Shown: positions 23,456 through 33,996, numbered from the stretch's first letter. The stretch is 64,000 nt of DNA from an uncultured delta proteobacterium (GCA_963850305.1 CAWKKR010000005.1:224001-288000), one strand, 5' to 3'. Numbers and translations: made by a program. Notes: a model not told the origin generated them from the sequence alone.

Positions 23456-24631
23456 CGGCGGACGCCCTGTTCGAGCGCAAAATGGCTCAGCCCGACCTCC
23501 CGGCAGCGTGCCCGGAAGCCGTCGCGTTCCGGCAGCACCGACTCGACGAACCAGCGAGCGGCGCGCTCGAGTTCCTCCGCACGCGGTTCGTCAATCAGCA
23601 GGCCCGAGCCCGGCTCGAGCTGCGTCGCGAGGTCTCCGATGGGGGTCGCGAGCGCCGGGACTCCGCAGAGCAGGTATTCGGCGATCTTGACGGGTGAGAT
23701 GCCCTGTTGCGAAAATGTCGGAGCACGGAGCGCAAGGCCCAGGTCCGCCGCCGGGATCTGGGATGCGATCCCCGAAGGGCTCACGGAGCGCAGAACGACG
23801 CGACCTAGTTCGATCCCCGAGCGCTCGAGCACGGCGCGCGCCGCGTCGAGGGCAGGGGTCAGGAGCACGAGCCGCGCGTCCGCGCGGCGGCGCAACACTC
23901 GACGGAAAAAGTCGAGCATCTCGTCCGGATAGTACTGGGGTCCGATCGAGCCCACGAAGAGCAGACAGGGCGCGTCCGGGGCAACGCCCCACGCGGCTCG
24001 TACCGCCGCGCGCGTGCCGGCCGTTCCCGTGCTGAAGTGCCCCGGATTCTCTCGAGTTGGGGATGGCGAAGAACTTTTCGGGAGACGTGCCCGCGCCACC
24101 TCGAGAGAGCAGGATCGGGTTGGACGCTTTCGTGCGAGTCAGCACGGCGTCCGCCGAGCGAACCGCTTGCGCTTCGATCTCGCGCCAGACGCGATACGTC
24201 GCGCCGGTCGGTCGCCACCCCGCGAAGTCGACGCGCTCGTCAGCGGCGATCCCGTCCGCGTCGAAGGCGAAGCGTAATCCGGAGTGAGGGAGCGCCCCGA
24301 GCGTCATGGCGGCGGGGAGGATGCTCCGTGGAAGTATCAGGCTCACCCCATGTCGTCGGATCTGCCGTCTGACCGCGACGACACCGGCCGCGATCATCGC
24401 CACCGTGGAGGGGATGGCCGGGCCCCGCAGGACGGGAAAGGCCGAGTACGTGATGCCCGCGTCGGAGGCTGCGGCCGCCTGAACCCGACGCTCCTCCCTG
24501 GACGCCCAGGTGAACTGCAGAACGTGAAAGCGAAAGCCGTGTCCGGCGAGCCCTCGAAAGATCGGAAGAAAGAGCGTCTCGAGATAGGGGAGGTTCGGGC
24601 CGTCCCAGGTGACGAAGAGGACCTCGGTCAT
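23386..24631 (-). CDS. Glycosyltransferase family 4; frameshift near 24050
   Basis: LFVGSIGPQY and SPVKIAEYLLCGVP; the N-terminal half is in ORF 23591-24631. Confidence 0.85.
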
Positions 24632-24786
24632 GGTCGGCGTAGGGCCGGCGGATGATACGCATGATTTCCGCCTCGCGGGAATCGTGGCAAGGCACGAATC
24701 AGGAGGCGGAGAGCTTGCCGACCTCCGGCCTAACTAAGGAGCCCATTACTGTAACTGCCCGCCGTGCCGCCGCGCGCGGACTGGCC

Positions 24787-24999
24787 GCGCATCCGTCGCA
24801 AGCTCGGAATTCCCGCCAACGCTTTCGTCGTGGGGAGCGTGAGCCGGATCCATGACGGGACCTCATTCGTAGCGTCGAGAGGTTGCGGCCGCTTCACTCC
24901 GAAATCCATCTTTTCATCGTCGGTGACGGGGGCGATAGCGATACGTCGCGGACGTGGCTCGCCATGTACGAGGAAGTTCTCCGCGGCGCCGAAGGCTGA
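24787..24999 (+). pseudogene. Internally deleted GT4 relic
   Basis: IRRKLGIPANAFVVGSVSRIHD then LIRSVERLRPLHSEIHLFIVGDG...MYEEVLRG*, paralleling the GT4 at 34.2-35.4 kb. Confidence 0.65.
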
Positions 25000-25052
25000 A
25001 GCGCAAAAGGCGCTCATCACCGTCGCCATACGCTCGCGAGATCACGAGCAGA

Positions 25053-26366
25053 TTATGCGGCCCGGTTTTCGACGAAGAGCGCAGATGCGGTGTACTTCAC
25101 CTTTCGAGACGAAAGGAAGCGACGCTCGATGAGGCGAAAGAACACATAACCAAAGCCAAAGGATGCAAACAGGCGCGTCGCCAGAACGCCGATCGTTCCA
25201 AGACCGACACGAATTGCAACCTGTTTGGCTCCCACGAGGACGAACTCATGGGTCAGGTAGACGCTGTAGCTGAAGAACCCGACGAACCCAAGTGCCCTCA
25301 GGCTGCCCGTTCGGGGCAACTTGCCGGTTCTCTCGAGCGCACACATCCAGTTTACGATCACGAAGAAGAACACACCGAACGCCAGATCGGAAAACAGCCA
25401 TGCCGCGGGAATCAAAGACGCTCCCGATGGCGGAACAAGTAGGATCAGGAGGGGTGAAAGGGCGAGCGCCGTCCACGGCGACGAAGCCCACCGCGGCAGT
25501 CGCACGTGACCTAGATGCGCCTCCACGGCGACGGCGCCGAGCGCCCATTCGGCCCAACGACAAGGCCCCGCTCGGAACCAGGCTCCGTGGTGGTCAACCG
25601 ATCCGAACCCAACACTGCGCGACAGGAGGGTAAGAGTCAGGATCGCCGCGAACGTGAGGCCCCACCCGAATCGCCGGCGCAAGAGCACGAGTGGGAGGTA
25701 CAGGGCATAGAGTTGTTCTTCGAGCGCGAGGGTCCAGAGTGGCCCGTTACCGATATGCCAGCTCGCGCTCGTAAGATTCTGGGCGAGGAGAGCGAGCGTG
25801 GCAATATCGAATGCGAGTTGGCCGTTGCTCGAAAATCCAAACCTGTCAGCCAACGACTGCGGCCCGGTGTGGTGCGCTAACACCGAGTGATAGAAAAAGA
25901 GCCCGGCCAAAGATAGAACCACGGCGCAAGCGTAGGGTGGGTAGAGGCGCCGCAGACGCCGCTTCCAGAACGCTCCCATGTCGAGCCTGGCAGGTCCCGC
26001 GCGTCTGGCCCAGGGGTAGTGGATACAGAAGCCAGAGATAACGAGAAAGAGGTGGACTCCGTACCGGCCGTAGTCCATCAGCGCTGTTTGGGTGTGGGTC
26101 AGGACGGCGTGGGCGCCCAACTCGTCCGGGCCGGTGGCTGCGAGAGCCTTTGAAAACGGCAGATGAGCAATCACGACGGCAAGGACCGCCGTGCCTCGCA
26201 GAACGTCTATCGCCAGGAGCCGGCTGCCCGAAACCCTGGTTAGTTCTCCACCGGCAACACCGGAAAGCGAAGTGTGCCCGGGCTCAACGGGCGCAGTCTC
26301 GTCTAGCGCCACAGCGCCACGCGCGGAACAGAGGGGGCCATGGCGGTCAGAATACCTCGAAAACAC
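25053..26366 (-). CDS. Acyltransferase-3 (OafA-like O-acyltransferase); true start probably about 26230
   Basis: IDVLRGTA, GVHLFLVISGF, FWKRRLRRLYPPY, WTLALEEQLY and SYSVYLTH. Confidence 0.9.
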   Translation of the reverse strand: MFSRYSDRHGPLCSARGAVALDETAPVEPGHTSLSGVAGGELTRVSGSRLLAIDVLRGTAVLAVVIAHLPFSKALAATGPDELGAHAVLTHTQTALMDYGRYGVHLFLVISGFCIHYPWARRAGPARLDMGAFWKRRLRRLYPPYACAVVLSLAGLFFYHSVLAHHTGPQSLADRFGFSSNGQLAFDIATLALLAQNLTSASWHIGNGPLWTLALEEQLYALYLPLVLLRRRFGWGLTFAAILTLTLLSRSVGFGSVDHHGAWFRAGPCRWAEWALGAVAVEAHLGHVRLPRWASSPWTALALSPLLILLVPPSGASLIPAAWLFSDLAFGVFFFVIVNWMCALERTGKLPRTGSLRALGFVGFFSYSVYLTHEFVLVGAKQVAIRVGLGTIGVLATRLFASFGFGYVFFRLIERRFLSSRKVKYTASALFVENRAA

Positions 26367-26592
26367 TTATGATCGCGACCTCGTTGACGGGGCCGATTGA
26401 CGGCGCGAAACGTGTTTTCGAGCGGCGGGAGAGGCGCCGGGGGAAGCCTGGGGATTCGAGAGGGGTGAGGGCAGGCGCACAAATTCGCGGCGCCGGCGGA
26501 TTTGGGCGTCGCACCGGAGGAACGGGAGCGGCCCGAGAAGGTTCTCGCCGCCAGGCCAGCCTGCGGGGCCTCGTGGCGAGTGTGCAGCCGCG

Positions 26593-26790
26593 CAGGCGAA
26601 GCACCTTGATCTGGCCATTGGCGCCGAAGCGCCCTCGCGCTTCGTGAACGACGAGGAAGGAATCGCCAAGCTCGTTGATGAGCTCAGACGCAGAAACGTG
26701 AGCCGCATGGAGGCCACGGGAGGTTATCAACGGACCGTGATGCCGGCCCTGCTCGGAGCAGGATTGCCCGCAGTCGCGGTCACGCTCGAC
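26593..26790 (+). mobile_element. IS110-family transposase relic (N-terminal RuvC/DEDD fragment)
   Basis: AKHLDLAIG...RFVNDEEGIAKL...MEATGGYQR...GLPAVAV. Confidence 0.75.
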
Positions 26791-26947
26791 CGGTCACCGA
26801 TCAAGAACGCTCCGGAAACGTGCGCTTTACGGCATGGCTTACCCCATGATACGCTCCCAAATTGTTCGGCGGCAAGGCGATGCGAGCGCAGGGGCTGAAC
26901 GATAACCGGTGCGGGTGCATCCAAAGCCGACGATAGGAGAAGAATAA

Positions 26948-29008
26948 ATGGCGAAGCGGGCGTTGACGATGGGCATCGGGGTGATCGTGGTGACGGGGGT
27001 CGTCATAGCCGCCGTGAGCTGCGGCCCTGCCGAGAATGAGCTCGGGTTAGAATCCGCCGACGGCGGGGTCGGGACTATCAGCGAAGGTGCGCTAAAGTGC
27101 AATGGTGGCACGAACGGCGATACCAACTATTGCAGCGACACCTGCACGTGCTCCCAGGGTGAGGGTGACTGCGACGACGACGCTAACTGCACTGGGGGCA
27201 CGGTCTGCTGCCCCGCGAAGGGCCTTCAGTTCGGCCTCCCGACCAAGGTCGATGTGTGCGCGCCCGCCCACTGTCGCGACAAGAAGCTGGACGGGGACGA
27301 AACGCAGCCGGACTGCGGGGGATCCTGCGGCACGTTCTGTGGTGCCAGTTCGTGCGCTTCGCTTCCGGCCAACGGCGTCGCCGGGCACTGTACGAGCGAC
27401 TGCCCGTGCGCGGCGGACCAGGGAGGTTGCACCACTAGCGGCGAATGTCAAAGCGGTCTGGTCTGTCAGAATTCGCCGCCGGACGGCCCCTACTTCGGGA
27501 TGGAGACCACCATTCGGGTGTGTGTCCCGACCACGTGCTCCGACAAGACGCAGGACGGCGACGAGACAGGCGTAGATTGCGGCGGGTCGTGTGTCCCCTG
27601 TCTCGGGGGCTCGGTCCTCAACGCAACCTACGGCGGTTCGAGCGCTTCAGCAAAGAGCGACGTCGTGCTGGGCACCGCATACGATTCGGGCGGCAACCTT
27701 TACGTCGCTGGTCGGACGTCGAATGCGACAATCGATTTCGGCACGGGCACGTTGACCTCAGCGGGTGGTCAGGACGTGTTTCTGGCAAAGTTCGATCCGA
27801 CCGGAGTAAATCTGTGGAGCAAGCTGATCGGGGGCCCCTCGAACGACGGTGACAGCGGCGTGGGGGTGGCGACGGACGCGAGCGGCAATGTGATCCTCGT
27901 TGGCGATATGTATGAAACGGTCGACTTTGGCGGCACTTGCGGGACCCTGACGATTCCCGGGGGCGGAACGACGGAGGCGGACGTGTTCGTCGCCAAGTTC
28001 GACGCCACCGGAGCCTGTCAGTGGGCGAACCATTACGGTAGCGGGAGCGGCACGGGGTCCGCGAGAACGCAAAGCGTTGCAGCGGACTCGTCAGGGAACA
28101 TCTATGTGGCCGGCTCGTACCAGACGTCGGTCAACTTGGGTGGCTCGACGTTCACGGCGGCGAGCGCTTCGAACGGTGTTTCCAGGGGCATTTATGACAT
28201 GTTCGTCGCCTCGTACACCTCGACCGGTACCTACCGGTGGAGCAGCTCGTTCGGGAGCGCTGATGACGACCAGTGCCTTTCGGTCGCTCTCGACTCAAGC
28301 GGGTACCTCTACCTTGCTGGTCTTTTCTCGGATTCAGTAACTTTCGGCTCAACGAATCTGACGTCAGCGGGCAACACCGACGCGGTGGGGATGCGGGTCT
28401 CTCCCTCAACCGGCAAGCCGGCTTGGGCAGTGAACTGGGGCGGCACAGGGGCTGACCGTGCCAACGCCGTCGAATGGATTCGCACAACGAACCAGGCTGT
28501 GTTCGGCGGTCGCTTTGCTTCCACAGTGAACTTCGGGGCGGGTAACGTCAAGAGCGCCGGCTCGTACGATGGATTCGTGGTGGCTCTGAACGCGACGAGC
28601 CACGCATATAATTGGAGCACGACGTTGGGTGGAAAAGGAGCCGACCAAGTCACCCTGATCGCTGCCCGGGCGACGAATAGTACTATCCTGGTCGGGGGTG
28701 AGTTCGCCCAGACCGTCAACTTCGGCGGCGGAACTCGCAGTACGGCCTCTGGGAGCAGCACGACGGCCACGGACGGGTTCAACGTGTTCTACGACTCGTC
28801 GTCCTCCGCCGGAACCTACCTCACGGACGAGACTTACGGCGGCACGGGTAATGAAACTCCGCACACGGCGGCCGTCGATGCGGGGTCTCTTGCTATCGTG
28901 GTGGTCGGCGGCGAGTTCTCGAGTGACTCGATCGTTCTCGGAGGACAGACCTTCTCCAACACGGCGCCCGGCGCGTATGACGCGTTCGTTTCGCAGCTAA
29001 TGCTATGA
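26948..29008 (+). CDS. Cys-rich lipoprotein with SBBP-like beta-propeller repeats
   Basis: AAVSC lipobox, two DGDET(Q/G)xDCGG motifs, and repeated D(S/A)SGNxYVAG and DxFVAKFD units. Confidence 0.85.
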   Translation: MAKRALTMGIGVIVVTGVVIAAVSCGPAENELGLESADGGVGTISEGALKCNGGTNGDTNYCSDTCTCSQGEGDCDDDANCTGGTVCCPAKGLQFGLPTKVDVCAPAHCRDKKLDGDETQPDCGGSCGTFCGASSCASLPANGVAGHCTSDCPCAADQGGCTTSGECQSGLVCQNSPPDGPYFGMETTIRVCVPTTCSDKTQDGDETGVDCGGSCVPCLGGSVLNATYGGSSASAKSDVVLGTAYDSGGNLYVAGRTSNATIDFGTGTLTSAGGQDVFLAKFDPTGVNLWSKLIGGPSNDGDSGVGVATDASGNVILVGDMYETVDFGGTCGTLTIPGGGTTEADVFVAKFDATGACQWANHYGSGSGTGSARTQSVAADSSGNIYVAGSYQTSVNLGGSTFTAASASNGVSRGIYDMFVASYTSTGTYRWSSSFGSADDDQCLSVALDSSGYLYLAGLFSDSVTFGSTNLTSAGNTDAVGMRVSPSTGKPAWAVNWGGTGADRANAVEWIRTTNQAVFGGRFASTVNFGAGNVKSAGSYDGFVVALNATSHAYNWSTTLGGKGADQVTLIAARATNSTILVGGEFAQTVNFGGGTRSTASGSSTTATDGFNVFYDSSSSAGTYLTDETYGGTGNETPHTAAVDAGSLAIVVVGGEFSSDSIVLGGQTFSNTAPGAYDAFVSQLML

Positions 29009-29099
29009 TTACAATGCCTTCTTGGTCGGAGTCGTTACACGTTGGCGCCGACTAGACTAGGCTGCTCGTCGGGGAGTGCTGCCCGGAGCGGGCACAACT

Positions 29100-29270
29100 G
29101 CAAGGTGCCATCCCCGAGCGCCGCGGACGATGGGCCATGAGCCGCTGGGCTGCGAGATGCTTACTGGAATCCAGGACGACTACCCGAAGGAGTGCGCACA
29201 CTGCGGGTCGTCGCTGACCGGGGTCGACGACGCGGATCCGCAGGTAGCTGTCGACCTTCCACGCCGATGG
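29100..29270 (+). mobile_element. IS66-family transposase relic (zinc-finger segment)
   Basis: GHE...DYPKECAHCGSSLTG...QVAVDLP resembles the IS66 TnpC CxxCG/QV.DLP region. Confidence 0.55.
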
Positions 29271-29299
29271 ATGCGGCTCCCGAGCATAGCCGCATGTGA

Positions 29300-30769
29300 A
29301 TGACGTCGTCACATCTAGGCGCCCTGGCCGTACGTGGCGCGACCACGCTTGCGATTAGAACGGCCTTTTTTGCGATTCTGAGCATCGCACGTGTCGCGCT
29401 CGTGGCGAGGCTACTCGGCCCAGCTGAGCTTGGTCTATACGGAGTGCTTGCCGTCGTTGCCGAGGCGGCGCGAGCATTTACGATGCTCGGAGCCGGCGCC
29501 GTGCTCATCCAGCGGGAGAAGATCGGCGAGCCGGAGCTCGCCACCTATTGGGCATTCGAGGCGCTCCAGGCCCTGGCCGCGGCTCTCATCGTGATCGCGG
29601 TGACACCGTTCGCGGTCGACGTGAGCATGCAGGGCCGGGCACTTCGACTCGGCCTTCTGGTGGCAATTTCCGTGCTGTTACCCGGGATCACCAACCCCGG
29701 TCGAATCCTCGCGGAACGCGAAGCGCGGTTCGAGCGGATCTCCTTCCTGGAATCGGTAGGAGCGACCACCGAGCTCCTCGTCGTGCTCGGCATCGCCATC
29801 TGGCTTCGCAGCGCAGCCGCGCTCGCCATTGGGGCTCTGGCGCGTGCGGCAATGGAGGTCGCTGGCTCCTACGCGCTATTTCCCCTGGCCCCCCGTCCGG
29901 CTCTGCATAGGGAGCCTGCTCGCGAATACTTGCGGGCGAGCGCGCATTTCATAGCTATCTCCGCGGGCGGCTACATCATGATCTACGGTGACAATCTGAC
30001 CGTCGCGAACCAGCTTGGCACTGTCGCTCTTGGGTTCTACGTCGCGGCCCATCGACTCACCGAGCTTGCGTTCGCAACGCTCACGAGCGTGGCGAATCGG
30101 GTCGTGTTCCCCGTGCTGAGTCGGCTTCGAGGTGGAGACCCGAGATTTCTGGCCTCCGTGGCGATGTTGATCGAGCTTCAGCTGCTTTACCTCGGAGGAG
30201 TGGCCGCGGGGCTCGTGGGCTTTGCCGCATTTTGGGTTCGGTCTTTCTACGGCGCGCCGTTCGCACCGGCAACGGTCGTACTGGAGGCGCTGTTCTTCGT
30301 AATGACAGGCCGAGCGATCTCTAGGATGACGACGCCCATCATCCTGGCCACGGGCCGTTACGACTTCACGTCGAAAGTGAAGGGCATCGAAGCGGCGCTC
30401 TTCATGTTGGGTGTGGTGATTGGCGTGAAGACTGCAGGCATCGTGGGTGTCGCGCTCGGTGCCGGCGTCGGGTACGTTGTGGCGGCGGGTCTACGACTCG
30501 AATTTCTGCGGCGACATATCGGAATTCGTGGATTGTCGCTCGCGCGGATGCTCGGGACTACGACGGCGATTTCATGCGTCTCGCTGGCGATCGCGCGCGG
30601 CTTGGGACCCTTGACTGTTCCTCTGGGCCGGTGGGGTGGCGCGCTTCAAATCGCGACCTATTCGGTCGTCTTCTGTTTGGTCGCCCTGGTGACTCGTGGC
30701 CCATTGCTCCGCACCGCGCTAGGTGTGCTCCGCTCCGGGCTGGGTCCAGCGAAGGAGGCGACGGGTTGA
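29300..30769 (+). CDS. Wzx-type oligosaccharide flippase
   Basis: VARLLGPAELGLYG, DNLTVANQLGTVALGFY and RVVFPVLSRL; many TM helices. Confidence 0.9.
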   Translation: MTSSHLGALAVRGATTLAIRTAFFAILSIARVALVARLLGPAELGLYGVLAVVAEAARAFTMLGAGAVLIQREKIGEPELATYWAFEALQALAAALIVIAVTPFAVDVSMQGRALRLGLLVAISVLLPGITNPGRILAEREARFERISFLESVGATTELLVVLGIAIWLRSAAALAIGALARAAMEVAGSYALFPLAPRPALHREPAREYLRASAHFIAISAGGYIMIYGDNLTVANQLGTVALGFYVAAHRLTELAFATLTSVANRVVFPVLSRLRGGDPRFLASVAMLIELQLLYLGGVAAGLVGFAAFWVRSFYGAPFAPATVVLEALFFVMTGRAISRMTTPIILATGRYDFTSKVKGIEAALFMLGVVIGVKTAGIVGVALGAGVGYVVAAGLRLEFLRRHIGIRGLSLARMLGTTTAISCVSLAIARGLGPLTVPLGRWGGALQIATYSVVFCLVALVTRGPLLRTALGVLRSGLGPAKEATG

Positions 30770-30943
30770 ACGCCCATTTCGGGCTCGAGCTCCCTGAGCA
30801 CACGAACCGCGTCGCCGTCGTGTCCCGATCCGATCCAGCTCGCGCCGCAGAAATCGTGCTTCGTCCATGGTGACGACGACCGCAGCACGGCGCGGATGTC
30901 ATGTCAGGACGGGGTGCGGCGAGACGCTACCCTCGAGGCATCG

Positions 30944-31087
30944 CATCCCGGCGTCGCTGATCGGTCACATCGCAACCTCCTTGTTGCGATCCAGCGTGAA
31001 TCCCGCCCCGCCCGAATTCATCCCGCCGTCGCTGATGGGTCACTCAGCGGATCACCGGCGGGGTGGCGGGAATGGATCTCACGCTGG
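30944..31087. repeat. Structured intergenic element: 25-bp direct repeat plus nested inverted repeats
   Basis: catcccg(g/c)cgtcgctgat(c/g)ggtcac at 30944 and 31019. Hairpin atcgcaac/gttgcgat at 30969-30990. Stems ccagcgtga/tcacgctgg, tcccgcc/ggcggga, cccgccg/cggcggg and cgctga/tcagcg. Confidence 0.8.
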
Positions 31088-31122
31088 CCGGTGGTCACAG
31101 TTGGTGGTGGTGCCGGCTCACC

Positions 31123-32256
31123 TTATCTGCGGTTTGAGGTAACCTGCAACCCCATGTCCTCACCACTCGATGCGGCGAGCAGGGTGTCGTGGATGATACT
31201 CGAAGTCCATGAGCGCGCCGCGGACTGCACCAGGTGATCGGCGTTCTGCATCTGCGTGGCAGGGTAGGTGAGGGGCTGGTCGGGAACGATTCGGATGTGT
31301 GCCTTCCCGCGCACCTCGCGTTCCAACAGCTTCCGGATGCCCAGGTAGTACGCCTGGAAACGGTCGTCTCGAGCTAGGTCCTCTGCGACGGGGGCGAAAA
31401 CCAGAGTTAAGTCGATATCATTGCGCTCGGCGACGTTCAGGATGCCCCTGAGCGCAGCCAGATTCTCGGGAGAAATCTCGGGAGTATTGGAACGGACGAA
31501 CGAGAGGTGCTCTCTTAGATCCTCGCGAACCTGCTGGACGTCAGCATGTTCGATGGGCAAGTAGCCTGACGGCGATAGGCGATGCGCCTCGGGTATACCC
31601 GACTTGGCTGCCGCGAGGGCTGTCCGCATGCTGCGGTCTCCGCCGCCGCGGATGACTAGGTCAGCACCGCGGCGAGCGAGAACCTTCAAGAGATCGAGAA
31701 TGCTCTCGTTCTCGGCGACGAGTGGCAGATAACGATCCGTCACCCATTGGTTCGTCAGCTCGGCATTCCACTGAAGCATCGAGAAGTCCTGGCGCGCTGT
31801 CGACAGCGACAACGGTGCTTGTGCCACGACGTATCCGGATGCCGTTCGGTGCCATACATCGTACACGTGGACCAGAAACAGCCGCTTTGGCGCCCCGACA
31901 TTGCGGACGATGTGGTCCAGCATGGCGGCGGAGTTGACTACCAAGGCGTCCCCTATAGTGCATAAGTTCTCGACACGGCCTCCCAGAAGGCGCGTCGCGA
32001 TCTGGGGATCGAATCCGTGCAATCCGCTGGAATCGCCCAGAACAAGAGTGTCGGGTGGACGCTTCAGTGCCAGGGCCATCTTCCATTTTGTGCGGATAAC
32101 CGCGTATCCGAAGTTTGGCGTGTGAGCGTTCAGGTACCGGCGCGCGAGCGCGTTCCCCAGCACGAAAAGCAAGACGCAGCCGCCGATGAATTTCGACACG
32201 TCCGCCCAGCGGCTCTTTCGGATCGGTTCCCGGGGCAGCACAAGTTCTCTGCTCAT
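31123..32256 (-). CDS. SGNH/DltD-AlgJ-like periplasmic partner of the MBOAT
   Basis: N-terminal TM, LVLGDSSG block I and C-terminal NADHL (DxxH-like); immediately downstream of the MBOAT. Confidence 0.7.
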   Translation of the reverse strand: MSRELVLPREPIRKSRWADVSKFIGGCVLLFVLGNALARRYLNAHTPNFGYAVIRTKWKMALALKRPPDTLVLGDSSGLHGFDPQIATRLLGGRVENLCTIGDALVVNSAAMLDHIVRNVGAPKRLFLVHVYDVWHRTASGYVVAQAPLSLSTARQDFSMLQWNAELTNQWVTDRYLPLVAENESILDLLKVLARRGADLVIRGGGDRSMRTALAAAKSGIPEAHRLSPSGYLPIEHADVQQVREDLREHLSFVRSNTPEISPENLAALRGILNVAERNDIDLTLVFAPVAEDLARDDRFQAYYLGIRKLLEREVRGKAHIRIVPDQPLTYPATQMQNADHLVQSAARSWTSSIIHDTLLAASSGEDMGLQVTSNRR

Positions 32257-32264
32257 TTTGCGAA

Positions 32265-33671
32265 TTAGAACCTGAAGTAGATGAACTCAGTACGCCCGCG
32301 GACGGCAAACAACGCGAGGCAGCCTACGATCCCGAGGTACACGGCCACTCTCTGAAGGGGGGGAGTGCGCAGGAGGATGAGTAGGTCGGAAGCCCTTTCC
32401 TGGATGAACTCCACCAGGAGCAACGGCCCGAGCAGGCCGGCAAGAATAGCCGCGTTGCGCATCGAGTGAACGGATCTCGACAGAGAGAGGTGTCCGAATA
32501 TGTGCAAGGCCTGCTCCAGTGAGTTCGAGCGGAAGAAGATCCAGCCGGCGGTGGTGAACGTAAACATCAGCGCGATGGCGCCGATCCGGCGAGTTCCAGT
32601 GGTTTCAGGTAGGCGCGAGAGTGGCGTCACGCGGTACACGATGAGGAGCGCGCCGTGGAAGGCACCCCAGAAGACGAAGTTCCAGGAGGCGCCGTGCCAC
32701 AGGCCGCCGAGCACCATCGTGAGGATCAGGTTCCGCATGGTGGCTCGGTTGCCGCCGCGGTTTCCCCCCAGGGGAATGTAAAGGTAGTCACGCAGCCATG
32801 ACGACAGCGTAATGTGCCACCGCTGCCAGAACTCGCTGGGCCCGGCCGAGAAATACGGAAGTCTGAAATTGAGGGGCAGCTTGAACCCCATCAATCGGGC
32901 GATCCCCCGCGCGATGTCGGAGTAACCAGAGAAATCGCAATAGATCTGGAACGAGTAGGCGAGGACACCGAGCGCGAGGTCAAGCCCCGCGCGTGACGCA
33001 TGAGGAACGAATGCGAAGTCCGCGATCTGGCCGAGATTATCGGCGATGACCATCTTTTTGAGGAGCCCCCAGCAAACGAGATGAACGCCTATCTCTATGT
33101 CGCCGGGGGTGATAGTCCGTCGGCGCGAAAGCTGAGGAAACATCTCGGACGATCGCTCGATCGGGCCAGCGATGAGCTGCGGAAAGAATGAGACATAGAG
33201 CAAGAATACAAGGGGATCGCGAGTGGGGGTCTGTCGCCCTCGGTACACGTCGACGGCGTACGAGATCTCCTTGAAGCTGTAAAACGACATGCCCACCGGC
33301 AGGGCGACATGGAAGATCGGAATGCTTCGCGCGGCGCCAACGAGCGTCAGCAAGTCGTCGAGTGACCGGGCGAAGAACCCGAGGTATTTGAATATCCCGA
33401 GCGCGGCGAGGCTCGCGGAAACCGCGACAATGACCAGCGCGTGGCGCTTGCGGGACCCGGACGGGGCGCGGTAGATCGCTTGCGCCAGTAAATACTGGGT
33501 GACGGTGGTTGCCGCGAGCAAGAAACAGAACCGGTAGTCCCAGTACCCGTAGAAGAAGTAGCTCGCGACGAGCAACACTGCATTCTGCGCGCGCGGGTGT
33601 GCGAGGAGCGACAAATAAAGCCCGTAGACAACGGTGAAGAACACCCAGAATGCAGACGAGTTGAAGAGCAT
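32265..33671 (-). CDS. MBOAT O-acyltransferase (AlgI/DltB family)
   Basis: MLFNS, LPVGMSFYSF, FFPQLIAGPIER, QIYCDFSGYSDIA, EFWQRWHITLSSWLRDYLYIPLGG and GLWHGA. Confidence 0.95.
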   Translation of the reverse strand: MLFNSSAFWVFFTVVYGLYLSLLAHPRAQNAVLLVASYFFYGYWDYRFCFLLAATTVTQYLLAQAIYRAPSGSRKRHALVIVAVSASLAALGIFKYLGFFARSLDDLLTLVGAARSIPIFHVALPVGMSFYSFKEISYAVDVYRGRQTPTRDPLVFLLYVSFFPQLIAGPIERSSEMFPQLSRRRTITPGDIEIGVHLVCWGLLKKMVIADNLGQIADFAFVPHASRAGLDLALGVLAYSFQIYCDFSGYSDIARGIARLMGFKLPLNFRLPYFSAGPSEFWQRWHITLSSWLRDYLYIPLGGNRGGNRATMRNLILTMVLGGLWHGASWNFVFWGAFHGALLIVYRVTPLSRLPETTGTRRIGAIALMFTFTTAGWIFFRSNSLEQALHIFGHLSLSRSVHSMRNAAILAGLLGPLLLVEFIQERASDLLILLRTPPLQRVAVYLGIVGCLALFAVRGRTEFIYFRF

Positions 33672-33732
33672 CCCAGGCGACCGTAGCCCGATCGCCGAAG
33701 AGTCGGGCAGGGAAAAGGACATCCCCGATCGT

Positions 33733-33996
33733 TTAGCGAACGAAGCCGAATCGCCGCACGAAGATGGCTCGCAGCGACGCGAAGCTCAGGGTCTGTCCGA
33801 CGAGAAACGCCTCCACGACCGTGAGCAGGACCCGATGCGGCGTCGCGATTCGCTGGCGGGGATTGTAGCCCGTGCCCTCGCGGAACTCGTCGATCGTCTC
33901 TGGCGTGAACGTACGATGTAGCTCGCGTTGAACAGCATCGGCTGCCGCGCTCACATCTGGACTCGATCCCACGCGTCGTGTAGCTCTCGTCTTCAT
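33733..33996 (-). mobile_element. Probable IS4-family transposase N-terminal relic
   Basis: FTPETIDEFREGTGYNPRQRIATPHRVLL resembles IS4 N-terminal regions and is truncated at 87 aa. Assigned by recall of the motif only. Confidence 0.45.
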
